DNA of 64,000 bases from assembly GCF_009914755.1 (NCBI RefSeq), contig NC_060937.1; one strand, written 5' to 3'. Source of the stretch: the human T2T-CHM13v2.0 reference genome, Homo sapiens. The notes beneath the pieces are model-generated. The model saw only the letters and a program-made list of their open reading frames with translations. It did no database searches and was not told the origin of the DNA. How positions within the stretch are numbered: position 1 is the first letter of the stretch; each line of letters opens with the position of its first letter. Below, one piece after another: positions 20,407-37,320 of the stretch. A program made the translations under genes and the position numbers.

Positions 20407-20995
20407 AAACGGTACAGCTGCTATGGAAAACATTATAGAAGCTTCTCAAAAAAATTAAAAATAGAATTACCATATGATCCAGTAATCCCACTTCTAGGTA
20501 TACATCCAAAAGAAATGAAAACAGGATCTCAAAGAAATATTTGAACATCTATGTTCACTGTAGCATTACTGACAATAGCCAAGAGATGAAAGCAATCTGA
20601 ATGTCCATCAAAAGATGAATGGATAAAGAAAATGCAGTATATACATAAAATGGAATAGTACTCAGCCATAAATAAGGAAACTTTGTCATATGCTACATCA
20701 TGAATAAACCTTGAGGACATTATGCTGAGATAAACCAGTTACAAAAAGACAGCTACTTCAGGTATCTAAAATACTCAAACTTTTAGAAACACAAAGAATG
20801 GTGATTACCAGGAGCTGGAGGGAAGTGGGAGAGGGAAAAGGGAGCTGTTCAATGAATAGTTTTAATTTTGTAAGACAAAAAAAGTTCTAGAAAAATTAAA
20901 GAAAAAAAAAAGATTTGGATATCTGTTCTGGAGATGTTGCACAAACTGTGCACAAATTGTTTTACTCTGTTCCTTTTACCAAAAGAGAAATTAAC

Positions 20996-21044
20996 ATTCT
21001 CCTTCCTTCCTCTCTCCCTCCTTCCTTCCTTCCTTCTTTCTTTC
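20996..21044. repeat. (TTCC/TTTC)n pyrimidine tract
   Basis: ttctccttccttcctctctccctccttccttccttccttctttctttct. Confidence 0.8.
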
Positions 21045-21121
21045 TGAGAATGCACTATTATACTGCATACTCAAAATGGGTAAGGTAAATTTTTTGTTAT
21101 ATTTTTGACAATCTAAAAAAA

Positions 21122-21506
21122 AAAAATCTCTGAACACCAAAAGCTTGGGGAGCTTTGGGTTGGCAATATTCTGCATACTGCCACACATTAAGATGCTAGC
21201 AAGACAAAACATTCCTGAGAACAGTGGAAACTTCGTGTTTGGGAACCCTCCCAGACCTTGTTGGCTGGTTATGATTTTTATATCCTTTGGCTATAATAAA
21301 ACTGTAATACTAAGTTTAACATTTTCCTGAGCTCTGTGAGTCGTTCTAAGGAATTAACCCTCAAATTTGTAGCTAGCTAGTCAGAAATGAGGGTAACCTG
21401 GGGACCACCAAAATTGAGACTGGTGTCTAAAGTAAGGGCAATCAAGTGCAGGACTATGCTCTTAGCCTCTGAAGTTTAGCTAAACTATGGGCACTTAGTA
21501 TTAGAA
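21122..21506 (+). mobile_element. MER21-like LTR, 3' part
   Basis: AATAAAACTGTAAT..TTCCTGAGCTCTGTGAGTCGTTCTA motifs. Resumes at the TSD copy. Confidence 0.65.
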
Positions 21507-21871
21507 CTCCTTTCAATATAAAAAAAAAACTTTTTTAAATAAAAGAATTCAGAGCCTTCTGAGGCTAAAGAAGAGAACATTAGCAAGTCTAAGTAAAGAG
21601 AAATGTTTGAAATGATGGTTTAATTTTCAGTTCCTCTATAAATTTCAAATGAAAGGGTATTCTTCGTTTTCTCTCTAGCAAGGCAGTGCATAATTATTAG
21701 CTTTTACAAAGATCTAAAGAGCAGGAAAAAATTCTGATTGAAGAAGAGGCGGTTCAGTTTTAGTCATGCCACTGAAATAGAATATAGACAAATTAAATCT
21801 ACAGATAACCATAAAATATAATTTTATTCAACAGGAGAGGTACAGACCAACAAATCTTTAAAATATTCTAA

Positions 21872-22191
<320 letters not shown>

Positions 22192-22596
22192 TCTTTTCAT
22201 TTTAGTTTTACTCTCTTTTTATACCAACTGGTAAAAGAAATGAAAAGCCACAGAGAAGGCAACACGAGGAGAAAAGTTAATATTAAATTCTCACTAAAGT
22301 AAAAATTAAGTCAACAATTGGTTATAAGTTAGAAAAAAAAGGAAACAATAATACATAGAAGAAAGTGGAGTCTCTATTTGTCTTAATTCCACAACCAATT
22401 AGAAAGAAACCAACTTGCATGGGTAAACGTTAAACAATGACTATAGTTCCACATTTAGTCAACACTGTAGAATGAATAGCTATTTCATGTTCAAACGACT
22501 TGGCTTCACTTTTAAATCTTAGTAATAAACTTTCAAAACAATTTCATTTCAAGCAAGTAGCTGAAATTTCAAATATATTAATAATTCTACTTTTCA

Positions 22597-22903
<307 letters not shown>

Positions 22904-22993
22904 CTACTTTTCACTTTCTTAACCTAAGTTCTTCTTCTCTTGTTGGTATTTTTTTAAATTTGCCTTAAAATAGGCTTAAATGTAAAAGGCTTA

Positions 22994-23269
<276 letters not shown>

Positions 23270-23589
23270 TCAGGTAAAGTCAAAAATTGACACAGGAAAA
23301 TGTCCCACTCATTTGCAGAAGACTGCAGTTGTTTTACCAGAAAAATAAAGTAGTAAATGTGATTTATTAAATAGACTTGACTCAGACCAAAAGTACCCAA
23401 CAGGCACTAGGCAAATGTTAAGAAATCTAGTTTAACAAAGGTATCACACAGAGAGTAGGTACTTGAATTCACTTTCTGGCAAGCCAACCCCATAGAAGTT
23501 ACCTCCCGGAATCAGGATGTGAAAGGTACTAAAGACCAGTAGAACCTATGATACATCTCCTAAAAACAAGTCAGTAATAGAAGTAATTG

Positions 23590-25218
23590 TTTTCTGTTTT
23601 GTTTTAGTTTTGCTTTGCTTATTCTTTTTTTTTCTCTTCAACTTTTAAGTTGAGGTGTACATGTCCAGGATGTGTAGGTTTGTTACATAGGTAAACATGT
23701 GCCATGGTGGTGTGCTGTACAGATCATCCCATCACCCAGGTATTAAGCCCAACATTCACTAGCTATTCTTTCTGATGCTCTCCCTCCCTCCACCCCCACC
23801 CCGACAGGCCCCAGTGTGTGTTGATCCCCACCTTGTGTCCATGTGTTCTCATCATTCAGTTCCCACTTTTAAGTGAAAACACACGGTGTTTGGTTTTCTG
23901 CTCCTGCATTAGTTTGCTGAGGATAATGGCTTCCAACTCCATCCATATCCCTGCAAAGGACATAATCTCATTCCTTTTTTATGGCTGCAGAGTATTCCAT
24001 GGTGTATATGTACCACATTTTCTTATCCAGTCTATCATCGGTGGATGTTTAGGTTGATTCCATGTCTTTGCTATTGTGAACAGTGCTGCAGTGAACATAC
24101 CGATGCATGTATCTTTATAACAGAATGATTTATATTCTTTTGGGTATATACCCAGTAGTGGGATTGCTGGGTCAAATAGTATTTCTGCCTCTAGGTCTTT
24201 GAGGAATTGCCACACTGTCTTCCACAATGGTTGAACTAATTTACACTCCCGTCAACACTGTAAAGGCATTCCTTTTTCTGCAAAACCTCACCAGCATCTG
24301 TTGTTTTTTGACTTTTTAATGATAGCCACCTGAGTGGCATGAGATGGTATCTCATTGTGGTTTTGATTTGCTTTTCTCTAAAGATCAGTGATGAGCTTTT
24401 TAATCACATGTGTGTTGGCCATATGTATAGTTTTTTTTTTTTTTTTTTTTTGAAACGGATTCTTACTCTGTCGCCCAGACGGGAGTGCAGTAGCACAACC
24501 TCGGCTCACTGCAACCTCCACCTCCCAGATTCAAGCCATTCTCCTGCCTCAGCCTCCCAAGTAGCTAGGATTACAGGAACTCACCACCATGCCCAACTAA
24601 TTTTTTTATTTTTAGTAGAGACAGGGTTTCACCTTGTTGGCCATGCTGGTCTCAAACTCCTCACCTCAGGTAATTCGTCCACCTCGGCCTCCCAAAGTGC
24701 TGGGATTACAGGCGTGAGCCACCACACCCAGCCTGTGTCTTCTTTTGAGAAGTGTCTGTTCATGTACTTTGCCCCCTTTTTAATGGGGTTGTTTGCTTTT
24801 TTTCTTGAAAATTTGTTTTAAGTTTCTCATAAACTTTGGATATTAGACCTTTGTCGGAAGGATAGATTGCAAAAATCTACTCCCATTCTGCAGGTTGTGT
24901 GCTCACTATGATGATAGTTTCCTTTGCTGTGCAGAAGCTCTTTAGCTTAATTAGATCCCATTTGTCAATTTTTGCTTTTGTTGCAATTGCTTTTGGCGTT
25001 TTCATCATGAATCTTTGCCCGCGCCTATGTCCTGAATGAATGGTATTACCTAGATTTCCTTCTAGAGTTTTTATAGTTTTGAGTTTTACATTTAAGTCTT
25101 TAATCCATCTTGAGTTAACTTTTGTATATGGTGTAGGGAAGGGGTTCAGTTTCAATTTTCTGCATGGCTAGCCTGTTCTCCCAGCACCATTTATTAAATA
25201 GGAAATCCTTTCCCCATT
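23590..25218 (-). mobile_element. L1PA (older primate subfamily) 3' fragment, sense to SUCLA2; contains an Alu at 24430-24733
   Basis: Reverse-strand ORF2 peptides (DPAIPLLGIYPK; [18 protein letters not shown]) and 3'UTR. Confidence 0.9.
24430..24733 (-). mobile_element. Alu (S-type)
   Basis: Reverse dimer nested in the L1. Confidence 0.95.
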
Positions 25219-26904
25219 TTAACAAAAGCAATTTCTAATGATTAGTTAATTCCCATGCATGGGACATTAACTCAATCACAAGTGCTCTTTGTAGTTTAAA
25301 TAGGTGACTAATTTTTGTTGTTCAACAGAGATCTGTCCACAGGGATTCCCAAAAACATGGCTATACCCCAAAAAGTAACACCAACCAACTCTACATTGGT
25401 CTAATGTGATAATATCAAAGAATTTATAATGTCTTCGGTCAAACAGTTTTACTGGTACTACAGTATTTTTAACCTGAATTATAACCACGTATTATTAGTA
25501 AGCAAGTATTAAAATAAAAACATTTTATCCTCAACAAGACCTAAGTAGTTGTCAGGAAATTCAAGTTCTTAAGATGAACTCAAATTTGATCCTTTTCCCA
25601 AATGCCTTAAACATATCTTTAATAATACATATTCAGTATCCTACCTTTACTACAATAAAGATGAATTACTATGGATAGAACTCCTATCTCAATTCATCCA
25701 GGTATTTATACCTTGTTTCTGGCTACTGTAACAAAAAGTAAAAACATAACTAACAAAATGACAGATGCCGATATATAATGTCAATGAAAAGAAAAATAAA
25801 ATGTAGTGAAAATAAGTGAATGTGTAAAAATATAATTTATGTAAATTTTGGGTAATATATGAGGTTACTGTCATGGGATTTTTAAAATAACTTACAAACT
25901 AAATTCTATCACATAGAATATCACTTAAGAATAAAACAATGCTTCTTAATTTTATATTCTGAGTGGATTTTTACTACCATCTAGTGTTATATCTTTAGAA
26001 ATACTTCCTTATAAAAATTAAAAGTTGCAAAAGACATATCATTCAAACATTAATAGATTTAATTGTAAATAAGAAAAATCACAATACAGAAAGTTGCTAT
26101 TTTTTAAAAAGTTGTTCTACATAAGAAAATTATTTTCATGACTCTTAAAATTTTTGTTACTCTAAATTCTACACAATTAATGTTCTACATGAAATCCGTA
26201 CTGGGGCTTTCAAATATATACCCAGTTGCTTCAAAAAACAAGCTAGTTAACACACAGATTCAGCTTGTAAAACCTAATACCCTCGAAAAACAGATAATTC
26301 TAGTATAAAATGATTATCAATGCTCTCTTCCAAACACCAGGTCTATAAAGGGATTTTCTCTTCACCAGAAGCTTTATGTTCAACATTTTAGGTTCCATAA
26401 AGAGAGGAGAGCTGTGCTAATGTAATACTCCTTAAAACCATATTGTTTGCTACTTAATGTCATCCCTCAATTTACCAAATATTGAATCATATAGTGAAAC
26501 AAACCCCAAACTATTAAAAAAAAAAAAACAAACCCAAGAAGTTGAGAAAACAGAAGATGAGGCAATGGATACACATTCTTCTAGTGGGTTCAGCAACTTT
26601 CTCTTTCATTAGAATATTTTACTATGCTAGATATAATTTTCTCAATCTGGAGATGATCCAGAGATGATTTAAGCTGCTTTTAGTGAATTAACAATTTGAG
26701 AATCCCATGAAATTTATTACAGCAGAATTTTTCCTATAATTTTAAGATCATGATATTATATATCAAATTTTACGGCATTAAAGAAGCTGTTTTTTAAATG
26801 ACATAAATATCATGCTCATGACATACAAACAGATTATAATTTGTACTTTTAAAATCTTTCCCACATAAATAGAAACAATAATGGACTTTTGAAATTGAAT
26901 GTCA

Positions 26905-27186
<282 letters not shown>

Positions 27187-27283
27187 TCATCTAATATTTA
27201 AATTTCAGTATTTTCATCAATTCAATAAGTAATCTTTAATCAGTCTTTAACAAGGATGATTTTTCCTTAAAAAATATGACTTA

Positions 27284-27451
<168 letters not shown>

Positions 27452-27555
27452 TTAACATACATATTGACAGGTGTTATTAAATCAAGTCTAATTTATTCAC
27501 AATGTCCAAAAATGAGGCATTCTCTTTATGTAGATTTTCTAGATTAGAACACTAA

Positions 27556-27939
<384 letters not shown>

Positions 27940-28468
27940 ACATTAAACCATTTCTTAAAGTAAACTGAAAATAATTTAACCATTTCTTGACACTTTGGAA
28001 AGTGTCATCTAGAACTTTGGAAAGTATCAAAAGTACAAAATTGAATTTCATGTCTTCCTAACACGTCCCTCCCTCTCTATTCACATGTAAACTTGCTGTC
28101 CTGAGAACATCTGAGTTATATCGCTATAGCAGGAATATGTCATGATTTGGGGGATATTACCATTACCAGTATTGATACTGATTTATACTGTCCCACTAAG
28201 AGAAAGTTCTATTAAAATACATTATTGAGCAGTACTGCATGAGTAGTACTATCAGGAGTTATTAAGGTATCTGTATCAAAAGATTTCAGAATTCTATGCT
28301 TGCAAAGCTTATGCATATTTTTAAATAAATGGACTGAATTTTTCTTCTTTAACAGGTAGACTGATTACTATTTATCCCTTTTCCTCTCCTTTCTAATTTG
28401 CTGTGGAAAACCAGCAAACTGGCTGTTTAGCCTAGATAGTACTCATCATTCATGATCAAGAGTAAATG

Positions 28469-28752
<284 letters not shown>

Positions 28753-28762
28753 GAGTAAATGC

Positions 28763-28870
28763 TCTGGGTGATGGGTATCCTAAATGCCCTGAATTGATCA
28801 TTACACACTCTATGCATGTAACAAAATATAACATGTACCACAAAAATATTATGTATCAGTTAAAAAAAAA
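28763..28870 (+). mobile_element. short L1MA 3' terminus
   Basis: GGTGATGGGTATCCTAAATGCCCTGA..ATCATTACACACTCTATGCATGTAACAAAATAT followed by an A tail. Confidence 0.75.
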
Positions 28871-29389
28871 GAGTAATACCTCTTAGAAAGGCATTCTCTG
28901 TGTACCAGACAGGCAGAATTCAGAGCCTCCTCATTTTGCCTCTCATAGCATTTTGCCCACACTGGCAGGGTGGCACCAACTATACATTATGGCAAAATAA
29001 CCTTTGAGATCAGGGCTAAAGGTCTCACTGTATTCATTATATCCCAAGCACAAGGAAGTCTCTGGGATATAACAACTACTCCATAAACATGGATTTGAAC
29101 AGACTGAAGTAGAGTCCTCTACAACTAGGATGTCACTCCACGATGCATTTATCAAGCAGAATGAGAGGAAGCTCCCACCTAATCAGATGAACCAACCAAA
29201 TCAATGAGGTAGGAAATGGAGTTTGAAACCAAACAAAAACAACCTAAAGTTTACACATTAACAATTATTTTAAAAGAACATTTAGAAAATTACTGATGTA
29301 AGCCTTCACCAGAAATACATGCTATTTAAACCAGATGATGACCCTATGCGTAGTCAGCCAAGAGAGTGTTTAAAAAACTTGTCTTTCTC

Positions 29390-30092
29390 AAACCCCACTT
29401 CCATTCAGCCAGGAAATCATACTGGTTCTATCTTCAAATTTATCCAGAATCTTCACCATTCCTCATCACCTGCAGTTTAGACTCTGATCCCAACCACCAC
29501 TATCTCTTAACTATATGACCTTTGTCCCCCACAGAATATTCTCAAGGCAGCAGCCAAAGCAGGCACACCATTCCTCTACTTAAAACCTTGCACTGAATGC
29601 CAGTCTCACTCAGTTAAATGCCAAAGTGCTTACAATGGCCTAGAAGACCTTATAATACCCTCTACACTTTTTATCTCCTAGGCCCTCCTGGTTGCTCACT
29701 CTGTTCCAACTGCACTAATCCCCTCACTATTCCTGGGCATGTTCCTGCCTTCAGGACTTGGCTCTAATGCACCCTCTGCCTAGAATACTCTTCACCAGGT
29801 GTCCATGTGGGAAAAGCCCCCGATCCTTCAAGTTTCTCTTTAAATCTCATGTTGCCCATGAAGCTTACCCTACTAACCTGCCCACCTGTGACCAATCCCC
29901 CTTACCTACTACACTTCTTTCCGCCATAGAATTCATCATCTTCGTACATATGTAATTCTCTTACATATATCATTTGTTGTTTTGCTTCCCCATCAGAAAA
30001 GAGGCCCAGGAGGGCAGAATCTTTGTTGTATTCATAGATGTTAACAAGCGTCTGGGAGAGTTCCTAGCACATAATATTTTGCTGAATGTTGA
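29390..30092 (+). mobile_element. L2 fragment
   Basis: L2 3' motifs (TTCCTGCCTTCAGGAC; GGAGGGCAGAATCTTTG; TTTTGCTGAATGTTGAA). Confidence 0.7.
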
Positions 30093-31348
30093 AAAAAAGG
30101 AACATTTAAAAATATGAACAGAATTCTTATAAATCTAGATTTCTTCACTGCTCTTACGAAAACTCCCAATGGGAAAAACTGGGTGCACAGTACTACAACT
30201 AGAGCTGATTAGAAAAAGTATCTTGTTTAGATAAGACAAACCCTTTTCAATTACCCTGTCTCTACTATTCACAAATGTATCACAACTAATATTAGGTAAC
30301 AAATAGAAACAACTCAGAAATTTCCTTAAAACCAACAATAACGTTCTTATTGAGAATACTACAGGTTGTCTCTGAACCATGGCAAATTAGAGAGTTTGTG
30401 CCCAAACGGAAGGGAGCAGCCACTATTTATTCCACTTGTTTCTGTTTACCTGTCCAGTCCTGATTTTCCAGCACTTTAAATATTTGTTTATATCCGAAGA
30501 AGAGAACTACAAGGCAAACAGTGCAAATGTAATGTAAAAAATGGTCATAGTTACACTGTGCTTTACTGAGCTAAATTCAATCATTCCTATTCATTAAACT
30601 GGGAACTTAACACATTGACCTATTAAGAGTAACGAAGCTCTATTTTTTCAAAAACACTTGGCAAGACAGAAGGTTCTTCTCTTCCCCGCAAAGTGTCAAT
30701 TTCCTTTCTTTAGGAATATAAAGTCTTTAAGGGCAAAAGATGATTCTTCGAAAGTTCCTTCTAAAAAAAAAAAGCCCTTCACAACGAAAGCAAAAAAAAA
30801 AAAAAAAAAAAATTTTTCATGAAATACAGTCTCATCAACTATCAAGAAAGGAAGAAAGATTAGAAGAGAAGTCTGAGGACAACTGGTCGAAACAAACATT
30901 TTATTCAATTCCATTAATTCACTCAACAGGTTCATCTACATACCAGACACTGTGCTAGCGTTGTAGATACAACAGTGAGTGAGACCTCTCCTGCCCTCAT
31001 AGAACCTGCAGTCTTATTACATTTGGCACTGCTCTAGTCAGACAAGATCTTTTTTGGATCCCAAGACTGTCTCTAAAACACAATCACTATCCCAGCTACC
31101 TTTAGTCACTCACAAACATTTTAAGCATTCCTTGTATACAGGTATCTAACTAATAAATATTTAAAAGAAAGAAAGAAGGTAAAGTCCTATTATATGCCAT
31201 TAGAAATCTCCCTCCAGGCTGACATTCATTAATCAGCACCCTTTACATGTATCTATTCAACCAGATAGGGATTCCACCTTAAATATACTAGAAGCCAAAC
31301 TATCTTTCTATAGTCAATAGGGAAATTATAAAAATTCTGCCAAATCTG

Positions 31349-31651
31349 TGCCCAGGCGCAGTGGCTCACGCCTGTAGTCCCAGCACTTTGGGAAGCCAAG
31401 GGTGGGTGGAAGGCTTGAGCCCCGGAGTTTGAGACCAGCCTGGGCAACATGGTGAAACCCCATCTCAAGAAAAAATACAAAAATTAGCCAGGCATGGTGG
31501 AGCACACCTATAGTCCCAGCTACTCAGCAGGCTGAGACGGGAGAAGTGGCTTGAGCCCAGGAGGTCGAAGCTGCAATGAGCCATGATCACACCACTGCAC
31601 TCCAGCCTGGGTGACAGAACAAGACACTGTCTCAGAAACAAAACAACAAAC
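31349..31651 (+). mobile_element. AluJ
   Basis: Full dimer. TSD ATTCTGCCAAA. Confidence 0.93.
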
Positions 31652-32152
31652 ATTCTGCCAAACCCTTACTAAAATCATATTTCCTTGAACTATGAACTGT
31701 TAGAGATAATTTGCTCTCAGAACTGACCCCAAATAATATCTACTACATTTATCTGTGCTAATAACCATCCCTTTGATAATCTATTCCAGAAACTTCATGA
31801 TCTTCAAGCTCACCAACCTTCATTTTGGGGACTCATATAGTCTTTTAAAATATTAGAATTAGATTTCTTTCTAACCATTCCTCCATTCCTAACCTCAATT
31901 ATTCACAGCAGGTAAAACTTGCCTACAGGACAATGCCTCTCAACTTTTTTCACATCATCACACAAACAGAAAATGATGGACATGGTAGGAAATACTGGGT
32001 AAAGAGGCTCAGTGGCCCCAAACCCCATGCTAACTCAACTTCTCCTGCCACCACAGGACTGGGAAGAAACAATAGTTTGGCACACCTGTAAAGCATTTAT
32101 GTTCTATTATATCATTTGTTGAGCAAAGCGCTGAGTTAAGAGTTTTTATGAA

Positions 32153-32480
<328 letters not shown>

Positions 32481-32688
32481 TTATGAAATGAAAATTAGCA
32501 TTTTATGAATTTTGCAGAAAGTCAAAAAGCAAAAATCACCCTGAAGTAATGAAAAATCAGCATTGGGAATTGCTAGCTACATGAACAAAACCAAGTGTAT
32601 TTCTAAGGTCCCTCATTCTACACCTTGTGCAACTAGATCCCATAATCGTTATCTTTTGTTATCAATGACTCACTAAAAACACAAAATT

Positions 32689-33046
<358 letters not shown>

Positions 33047-33477
33047 CTAGCATTTCTGCTCCTCTAGATTTAAATTTCCTTGTTAATTATTAGTCTCCCT
33101 CCCACACTATAATCATCATTTGCAATATTCTTTGACAAAAAACACACTTTCTAAATGAACAAGGTATCTGTTCCAAGGGGCTCAAAATCAGAGCTGCCTA
33201 CCTGCTTCTTATTACTTGTGAGTTCTGGTCCCAGAGAACTTGCCAGAAATACTCATAGTTACAGTTTATCCTGCACATATTATTTCTTTCTTCTGTACCT
33301 AAGAATCATTAAGTTTTTATAAGGCATAATCAAAACAGATTGGCATCTGAATTAATCCTATTCATTTTATGAAAAAGTTTCTATGCAAATTATTTTTTCT
33401 GACAAAACAATGGAATTTCACTAAATGAGAAAATATACGGAAAACTAGTTAAAGAAACCAATTATAATACTCAAAAA

Positions 33478-33597
33478 ATAGACACAGTGGCATGTGCCTG
33501 TAGTTCCAGCTACTCAGAGGCCTAAGTAGGAGGATCACTTGAGCCCAGGAGTTTCAGACTAGCCTGGGCAACATAGTGACCCTATCTCTAAAAAAAA
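33478..33597 (+). mobile_element. Alu monomer (FLAM/FAM)
   Basis: Single diverged monomer. Confidence 0.8.
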
Positions 33598-34447
33598 TTT
33601 TTTTTTGGAATTTTAAAATCTGGAAACAAGAGGAAAACCATTTTTACCGACGTAATTATATATAAATCAGGTCCCATTAACATTAACCATGCAGAAGTTC
33701 CAATTATAGGTCACCATTAATTAACAAAAATTTCACCACAATTAGTATGAACTTATACAAAGCTTTTGCTTAATAAAAAGTTTGCTTGTAATCTGATTTA
33801 AAATAATTCTTTCTGATTAACAACAATAAAAACAACAAAACTATAAATGAAAAATCATGCTTCCAAGTCAAGGAAATCATGGCCATCTCATTCAAAAACA
33901 TAGCTTATATGACAGTTTTCTGAACTTGTATATATCCTTAATTTTGAAAGAAAAATCCATTCTAGATACAAATAAGTACTACACAAGATGAATACTTTTA
34001 AAATTTCAATCACTTTGAAAATGCTCATCTTTCTTAAAAAATATAAAAGCAAAGTATTCACCAAATCATATTTAAAGCCTATTAATTAAATGTACATAGA
34101 AGAGAGATTATTTATGCTAATCTACGTAAAATTGGTGGGATTTAAAATACTGCTAAAAAGAAAATGCAGTGTATAGCTAGTACATCAGCTCATGGTTTTC
34201 ATGCTAAATCTTTAAAAATGTAAGCTTATTTTCTGAAATCAAAAATTATTTTTTGATTAAGAGATTAATTCAAATTGACAAAAGCTATTAAGGCTTCTGT
34301 TATCAATAAAGGAATCTGCTAATAAACATGGGCAACTATTAAATTCATTTAATACTTATTCATTTAGTATTTATTGATTACCTAAGTGTCAGGCATTCTT
34401 CTAAGATTTTGGGATATATCAGTGAACAAATAAGAAAAAGAAACTCG

Positions 34448-34760
<313 letters not shown>

Positions 34761-35065
34761 ACTCTGCTCTCAAGGAGTTTACATTCTAGCACTCTACTTT
34801 TTGTTCCCCTTTGGTTCCATATTTTTCATGACAAAAAAATGGAGGGGGAAGCACGGACCTCTCCTTATAAGCACATAAACAGCTAAGATTTTCCTTCACC
34901 ATTTCCCTGAAGAATCATCACAACTGCCATCCTTTAAGCTCCAGAGTAGTTAGAGTGGTAGTAGTAGAATTCCCTTCCCCATAATTATATTCCAACTAAA
35001 AACAGGACTTCAGCTTCCTAATGCCAATGTAAGTGACTCCCACGTCACTGGCATTATGGGTGCTC

Positions 35066-35088
35066 ATAATAATAATAATAATAATAAT
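35066..35088. repeat. (AAT)n microsatellite
   Basis: About 7 AAT units, ~160 nt into intron 2. Confidence 0.85.
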
Positions 35089-35214
35089 TTTAGAATTTCA
35101 ATAATAATAAAGTTCTACCTTCTATTTTAAGCAAAGAAAATGTATTTTTTTTAAAAAAAAGCTAAAAGTTGTTATCAAACCAAAAACAAACTTCAAATCT
35201 TCTCAGAGCTCTCA

Positions 35215-35430
<216 letters not shown>

Positions 35431-35892
35431 CTAGAAAGATTGGGGACATATTTATATATGACAGTGATTTGGCAGTCACTCTTGTTAACTACTTGGTTCT
35501 TCATAACTATAACAAAACTGTTACATTACATTAGCAAAGTACAATATTCAGAGTACCTGAATTACAGCATAAAACTAAAAGCTAGCCTATCAGCTAAATA
35601 TCACTGTTACCACTGTCATTTTAATTATTTCCTCATCATCTCTATTCCTTATTTTAGATTTCAGCTTTACTATCATCTCCAATGATCTACAGGGCAGTTC
35701 TACCTCAATGCCAAATTCAGCGGATCTAAAACCAATCTCATCTTTTCCACCAAACCAAAAATCCTTCCCAATTTTCTTCTCTCTACCATTCCTCCACACC
35801 TAACAAGTCACCTGGCACTAGATATGTAATAATAAAATGATTTGATACCATTACTCTTTCATACACTCGATATTCAAAACCATGGCTTCATC

Positions 35893-36090
35893 TGTAGTGG
35901 ATGTTGCAGTATGCTGCCCAGATCTCCCTGGCACTCCCCATTCAGGACCAAGGCATTCATAGCCCCCACTGCTGCTGCTGGGAGTGCTGGTTGCTGACAG
36001 CTCTCAGCCAAGTCCTCTTACTGGAGCCTACTTGCCCAAAGTCACACCTCCTTCCCACTGTCAGCCTGCACCCAATGACTGGTCAATGGA
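35893..36090 (+). mobile_element. ERVL LTR16-like fragment
   Basis: TGTAGTGGATG..GCCCAGATC..TTCAGGACC..GCTGCTGGGAGTG motifs. Confidence 0.65.
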
Positions 36091-36227
36091 ATCACACATT
36101 TAAATGTTATCCACGCATTTCCATAATCTCAATACAGAATGCAGTATACTGAAACATGGTTCATATGAAACACACAGTGTCCTAAGAATTAAATTTAAAG
36201 AGGTCATAGAAACAATCTGTTTCTTAA

Positions 36228-36400
36228 AGTAGGTTCATAAGCTTTTGCCTCAAAATTAACTGGGTGCTTGTAATCTGCAGATTCCTGAGACCCATTCTCA
36301 ACTGCACTATTAGAATCTCTGGACTGGGCCCAAGGAAATCTGCATTCATAACAAGTCACTCAGTTGATTCTTAAGAACCCTACAGTTATGAGAACTACTA
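36228..36400. mobile_element. MER5-like hAT MITE
   Basis: TGCAGATTCCTG..AGAATCTCTGG..GGGCCCAAGGAAATCTGCATT..TTATGAGAACTACT motifs. Confidence 0.65.
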
Positions 36401-36534
36401 GTCTTACAAATCAATCATATATAATAGCAACTTATTTCTGATCCATTTAGCAAGCTAAAATCCTTGGTAACATTTGACCTAGGTAGCTCAATTCCTTGAT
36501 TTAGTGTCACTTCAATATTAAAAGCCAGCAACCA

Positions 36535-36726
36535 AGCTGGGCACAGTGGCTTACACCTATAATCCCAGCTACTCCTGAGACTGAGGCAGGAGGATCCCTT
36601 CAGCTCAGGAGTTTGAGACTGCAGTGAGCTGTGATTTCACCACTGTCCTCCAGCTTGGTCAACAGAGCAAGACCCTGTCTAAAAAAACAAATAAATAAGT
36701 TAAAAAAAAAAAAAAAGAAAAAAAAA
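36535..36726 (+). mobile_element. Alu monomer (FAM/FRAM)
   Basis: Single monomer plus tail. TSD ~CCAGCAACC. Confidence 0.85.
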
Positions 36727-36759
36727 CCCAGCAACCTCTCAAACTACTGTTTAGTATAC

Positions 36760-37320
36760 CTCCACCTTCTGACTCAGAAATCCCATTCCTGGGTATGTAT
36801 CAATAGAAATTAGTCCTTACATCTGTCAAAAGGCACACATAAAAATGTCTAGAGTGTCCAGAGCAGGCTTATTTATAACAGACAGAAAACAGAAATTAGC
36901 TGATTGCCCATCAACAGGAGAATGGATAAACTGTGGTATATGTATATAATAGTATACTACAGAGAAATAAAAAGAAAAAAAGTACTATGGCTCACACATC
37001 GATGGATTAATCTCACAAACATAATGTAGAGAGAAAGAAGCCAGAAACAAGAATATATACTTACATGATTTATTTTTATAGCGTTCAAAACCAGTCAAAA
37101 TTAGCCTATGGTGACAGAAGTCATAATTGGTTGCTACCTTCTGTCAGGGAGTATTGATAAGAGAGAGGACATGAGAGCCTTCTGAGGGCTGGAAACATTG
37201 TATATCTTGATGCAGACGATGGTTACACAGGTGAATACATACATAAAAATTAATCTAGCTATCCACTTAAGCTGTACATCTTACTGTACATAAATTATAC
37301 GTCAAAATAATAATAAAAAT
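36760..37320 (+). mobile_element. old L1M 3' end
   Basis: TGCCCATCAACAGGAGAATGGATAAACTGTGGTATAT and related L1M 3'UTR motifs. Confidence 0.7.
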
